Shown here one piece after another: positions 8,804-12,700 of a DNA stretch of 12,700 bases. The position numbers and the translations under genes are program-made. Origin of the DNA: Chlorokybus atmophyticus (Eukaryota > Plantae > Mesostigma and Chlorokybus algae); the NCBI GenBank assembly GCA_009103225.1, contig RHPI01001694.1, positions 1 through 12,700 on the forward strand, in the 5' to 3' direction. Position 1 is the first letter of the stretch, and each line of letters begins with the position of its first letter. The notes under the pieces were generated by a model. It did no database searches and was not told the origin of the DNA. It worked only from the letters and a program-made list of their open reading frames with translations.

Positions 8804-9248
8804 TGTAGTCCGCGTGCTCGTCTGGGCATTTGCTGTCACTGCCGTGTTGCCTGCTGTGAGACCAACCGATCGTTGTTGCTACATGTGTATGTACAGGTGG
8901 AAGATTGCGTATGCACGTGCATAGCCTTTCCCATCGCAGCAATGATGCAAAGATGAGCGCACAGCACAAACACAAGCGCAATCCAACAATGCGCACCCAA
9001 TACAGCCAGGCAGAGCGGGGACAACTCTATTATGACAGGGCAAGGCAATAATTATGTAATTGTGTGCTTGTTCCCTTTGCTTGTGCACGCCGTACGTAAC
9101 GGTTACCTTTACTATACTTTGGAGTTTGCTACATGCAACTCTTGTGTATTATCTGCGGTAACCAAGTGCGTGCAGTGTAGTGCGAGGGCGGGATGTTGTT
9201 GGGCAAGGGCATGAGGTTATGAGATCGACATGAGCGCACAGGTGCCTG

Positions 9249-9552
9249 CGTGTCCAATCGTAGTAAAGGAGTGACGCAAAAAGAGTGTAACAGCCTGGTG
9301 GTGGTGTAAACCTTGTATGCTCGTATGCAATGCTTGCATGCTATGTCAACACTCTCATGCATGTTGCATAGCACCTTGCATATCATGTACACATGTCAAG
9401 TCAATCCCACGGCACCTTGCTCACCACAAATCTTGTTTGTAGGTGAGGCGCCGTGCTTGTTCTTGCCTCCTGCTACCTGATAGCTTGGCAAGCTGCAGAG
9501 GGGCCTAGCACACTCTTGCCCATTGCTCTCGGTTGCCGTTGCCTTTGTTGCC
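9249..9552. other. ~304-bp segment present in copy 2 and absent from copy 1
   Basis: Copy 1 reads GCGCACATGTGCATG|CATGCTTGTGAC; copy 2 reads GCGCACAGGTGCCTG[CGTGTCC...TTGCC]CATGCTTATGAC. No TIR or TSD was seen. Confidence 0.85.
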
Positions 9553-10993
9553 CATGCTTATGACTGCTTGTTCCTACCGCTCACTTGCTCATAGTGCACG
9601 TGATTGACACTAGTGCTGCTGCTGGATTGCGTGTGCACTTGGCATTGCATTAGCGCATAGTCCAAACATTGTGTATGTCTATGCACGTACAGCATGCAGC
9701 CGTTGTTGAACAGCGGGCATATATCATGTATGCCCGCTGTCATGAGTCATGTGTGAGCATGGTGGTGCATCCATGATGATGTGACACATGTCGAATTGAT
9801 AGTGCACATGCATCATGCATGTGCACTATGCATGGCGCATGCACGTGACGTGCATGCGCCATACGGCACGCACATAGGGAGTCGATCTGCTATGACTGCT
9901 GAGAGTCATGTACAGCATGCAGCCGATGTTGAACAGCGGGCATACATAATGTATGCGGGCATACATGAGTCGTACCAACCAATGTTGCGTTAACCAGCAA
10001 GTTGTGCACATAAACCATTGTGCATGCATGCATGCCTACCCGGCTCGGGTGTAGGGTGGTAGTGATGTGGTAAATAGTATGTGAATTATGGAGCTATGAG
10101 CATAATTGTCACAGTTATGCTCATGGGGCACGGTGCCCAGTGGTTGCGTGAGCATGTCAACGAGGCGAGTGTGTGGTAAGTGACAAGTTGAGCGCATAAG
10201 CTTTTGCACACCTTACATACCCATATGCTTCACATGTGCTTGGCGCATTAACTGCCAGTCAATTGTAAATATATAATTATCAAGCTGGAGGGCTTTGCTT
10301 GATGATCATATATTTGCAACCAATGTATTTAAACATTGTATGGTGAATAAAACATGCTCTTCTGTACAATCTATATGTGATGACATTGTGTTTTCAATGC
10401 CATCACAATCATGTTCCACTGCACGATGATATACACAACTGATATTAAGAATGAGCAAAAAAGATAACACGTTATACCATTTGATCTATACGAAGCGTGC
10501 AGGCTTTGCACCTTTGACACCATTGATACATCACAGCTATGACATTACTTTGCTTACCAATCATATCTACAATGATGAGGTATGAGATGTGCAACTTGCC
10601 GCCATAAGACATTGAAACTAATCACATATTGGTAAACAGTATGCAATGTAATCATTAATACGGCTAATACGCTATTGCATACATTCAATGCTACATACTT
10701 CATTCACGTTGTTGTTGTTAAGCAGTGGAAATAGTCTACTGTACGTACGTTTCGGTGGCGCAACGCATCGAACACGAAGGAGCTGGAGTCATATGTCATG
10801 AGTTAAGGCTTGGTTACGGTTAGCACATCTAGGTGCAGCACGTGTCAATTGCAAGTGTAGCAGCTCGCGTTAGAGTCTATGTTGGCCAAGACACCTGCTT
10901 GTTAATTGCCCTTAACAATGATGCGTGCTTATTGTGAGTGTCGTATTATGTGTATGACTATGTACACTAGTGGGGCGGCTTTGGGAGGATCCT

Positions 10994-11662
10994 GAGTTAA
11001 CATATATGTATACATACATGCATGATAGACGCTTCACCGAATAAAGGAGGGAGAAGGTGCAGCATCATAGGGGCGTGACGAGTTGATGGACGACATCATC
11101 AAGCAACGACGGGACTCGGCACGACAATATCGCATTGCAGTCAATAGCCACCAGAGTCTAAGTTGGAACAATCAAAGAAACCATTTTTGCTCCATAGCTC
11201 TGCGAACGCTGGCCCGAACTCCGTCCAAGCAAACTGTCTTCGATCCATGAAAAATCTCTCATTGAGGGCTTCCTTATTTGACTTGTTTTCTTTAGAACTT
11301 TATGGCCTGACACTGCATGTACTCGAAGCTGAGCTAACATATACAAAACATAAATGTATACATGCATGGTGGACGCTACAACATGTGAAGAGGGAGAAGG
11401 TGCAGTATCACGGGGCCATGACGAGTTGGTGGACGACATCATCAAGCGACGATGGGATTCGGCATGATGCTACCGCATTGCAGTCAGTACCCGAATGATT
11501 AATTCATTTTTGCTCAGTCACTTGCGGTAATTCTGCGATCGGTGGCCCAATCTCCGCTTAAATCAACTTTCTTGGGCTTGTGAAGAAGCTCTCATTGGGA
11601 GCTTTTATATCGACTTACTTGTTTTCTTCGAAACTTTGTAGCTTGGCACTGCATGTACTCGA
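10994..11662 (+). repeat. Internal tandem dimer of the ~330-bp unit in copy 2 (10994-11330, 11331-~11662)
   Basis: Position-equivalent to 5382-6045. First units resemble first units and second resemble second, so the dimer predates the large duplication. Confidence 0.9.
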
Positions 11663-12700
11663 GCACAAGCCCTCAATCTTATAATAAAGCTGATGGCCAC
11701 CCTTCCGTGGGGTATAAACAAATGACAGCTCACCATCAGTTGGCTTGCATGTGTAGTGGCATGGTTACGATGTTATACGCACGTCCTCTACACTCTGCAG
11801 GTTGCCCTTGTTGTGTGCAGCTTGCTGCCACACATAGTGCTCCTTCCATTGCTCCATGCTACCTACAAACTTGTTGCTGCCTGAGGGTCCTAATTTCAGG
11901 GCCTAGCCACGTCTTGGTTTGTGTTGGTTTGTGTACTTAGCTCTGCCTTGGCCCCCATGTAAAGCCATGTTTGCTGATGTGTCGATTGCATTTGGCCCCG
12001 GCAAGAGCTTGCTATATAGCAACGCTTATGCTGTTATGTACATTATGCATGATCACGTCATATAAGTGACCTCTGAGAGAGTACACTACAAGAGTTTTGG
12101 AATAGGCTGCAATAAGCTACCATGTGGACAGTACTTCACAGCTGTGCAGCGCATGCTGACTGAGCATGCACGAAACGCAACTGTATACAGTAACGATGTG
12201 TGTAAATTGATGACTAGAAGCTTAAATTGCCGTGTGTACATTCGCATACTCACACTGTGCTACAATCAGCAATCCTTTTGTTTGCCCGTATCTCGGCTCG
12301 GCTTATGAAACCTGTTTGGCCCCGTCCACGTGGCATACCGTGGTAGTCCTGTCACAGGTCCTGTCACAGGTCTCCAGGCAAACAACGCCCGGGTGTGTCC
12401 CGCTGAGCTTACAGCAAGGCAGCGGCGGCGTGGGGGGCGGCTTGCGGTTGGTTGTCGCTGTCGCTGGCAGGAGGGGTAGACGGAGAGGGTGAGGGCGCTG
12501 CGCTAGTCGTAGTCGTAGGATAAAAAAACTGAGTGGTGACCGGTGGTTGGTGCCACAGCTGGGCGGCGCTTGTGGGATTGGGGACTGACGTTGCGGAGGA
12601 GCGAGCAGCTGTTGCCCCCCCTTGGCAGACAGCCTTAGTCTCATCTCGCTTGTGGCCTCGCCTGCAGCAGCTGAGGCGCCCCGTCGCTCTCTTCGTCCTT

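Larger units (their letters stand above)
8892..12700 (+). repeat. Large direct repeat, copy 2 (runs off the window end)
   Basis: Colinear with 3622-7068 and carries extra sequence at 9249-9552, ~9811-9859 and ~9905-9975. Confidence 0.95.

Noticed and set aside
3622-12700. Long direct repeats flanking 1.8 kb, read as LTRs or as a DIRS/LARD-type retroelement
   Set aside because: No TG..CA ends, PBS, PPT, TSD or gag/RT/integrase/recombinase motifs, divergence is very uneven, and family gene remnants precede both copies, as expected for a tandem segmental duplication.

Overview
Eukaryotic nuclear DNA, probably from a chlorophyte green alga. This is inferred from GT-AG introns of about 70-110 nt, roughly balanced GC, abundant TGCA/CATG and a transit-peptide-like exon. 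It is an accessory, duplication-rich locus with no housekeeping gene, RNA gene, CRISPR array or recognisable transposase. A diverged direct duplication (3622-7068 vs 8892-12700, the second copy cut by the window end) suggests a tandem array with a 5.3-5.6 kb period. One small gene family appears three times. Copy A (+, join 7609-7813,7895-8172) encodes a transit-peptide-like N-terminus plus a 21-bp heptad coiled-coil repeat. Copy B is an inverted decayed copy (-, ~1296-2319) that keeps ~700 bp of homologous upstream DNA. Copy C is a 5'-less remnant (+, ~3187-3630). A separate decayed spliced gene (+, ~76-1080) has motifs resembling a Crinkler-type restriction-endonuclease-fold domain. The two long repeat copies differ by many copy-specific palindromic or templated insertions. 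All alignments were done by eye and no database search was possible.
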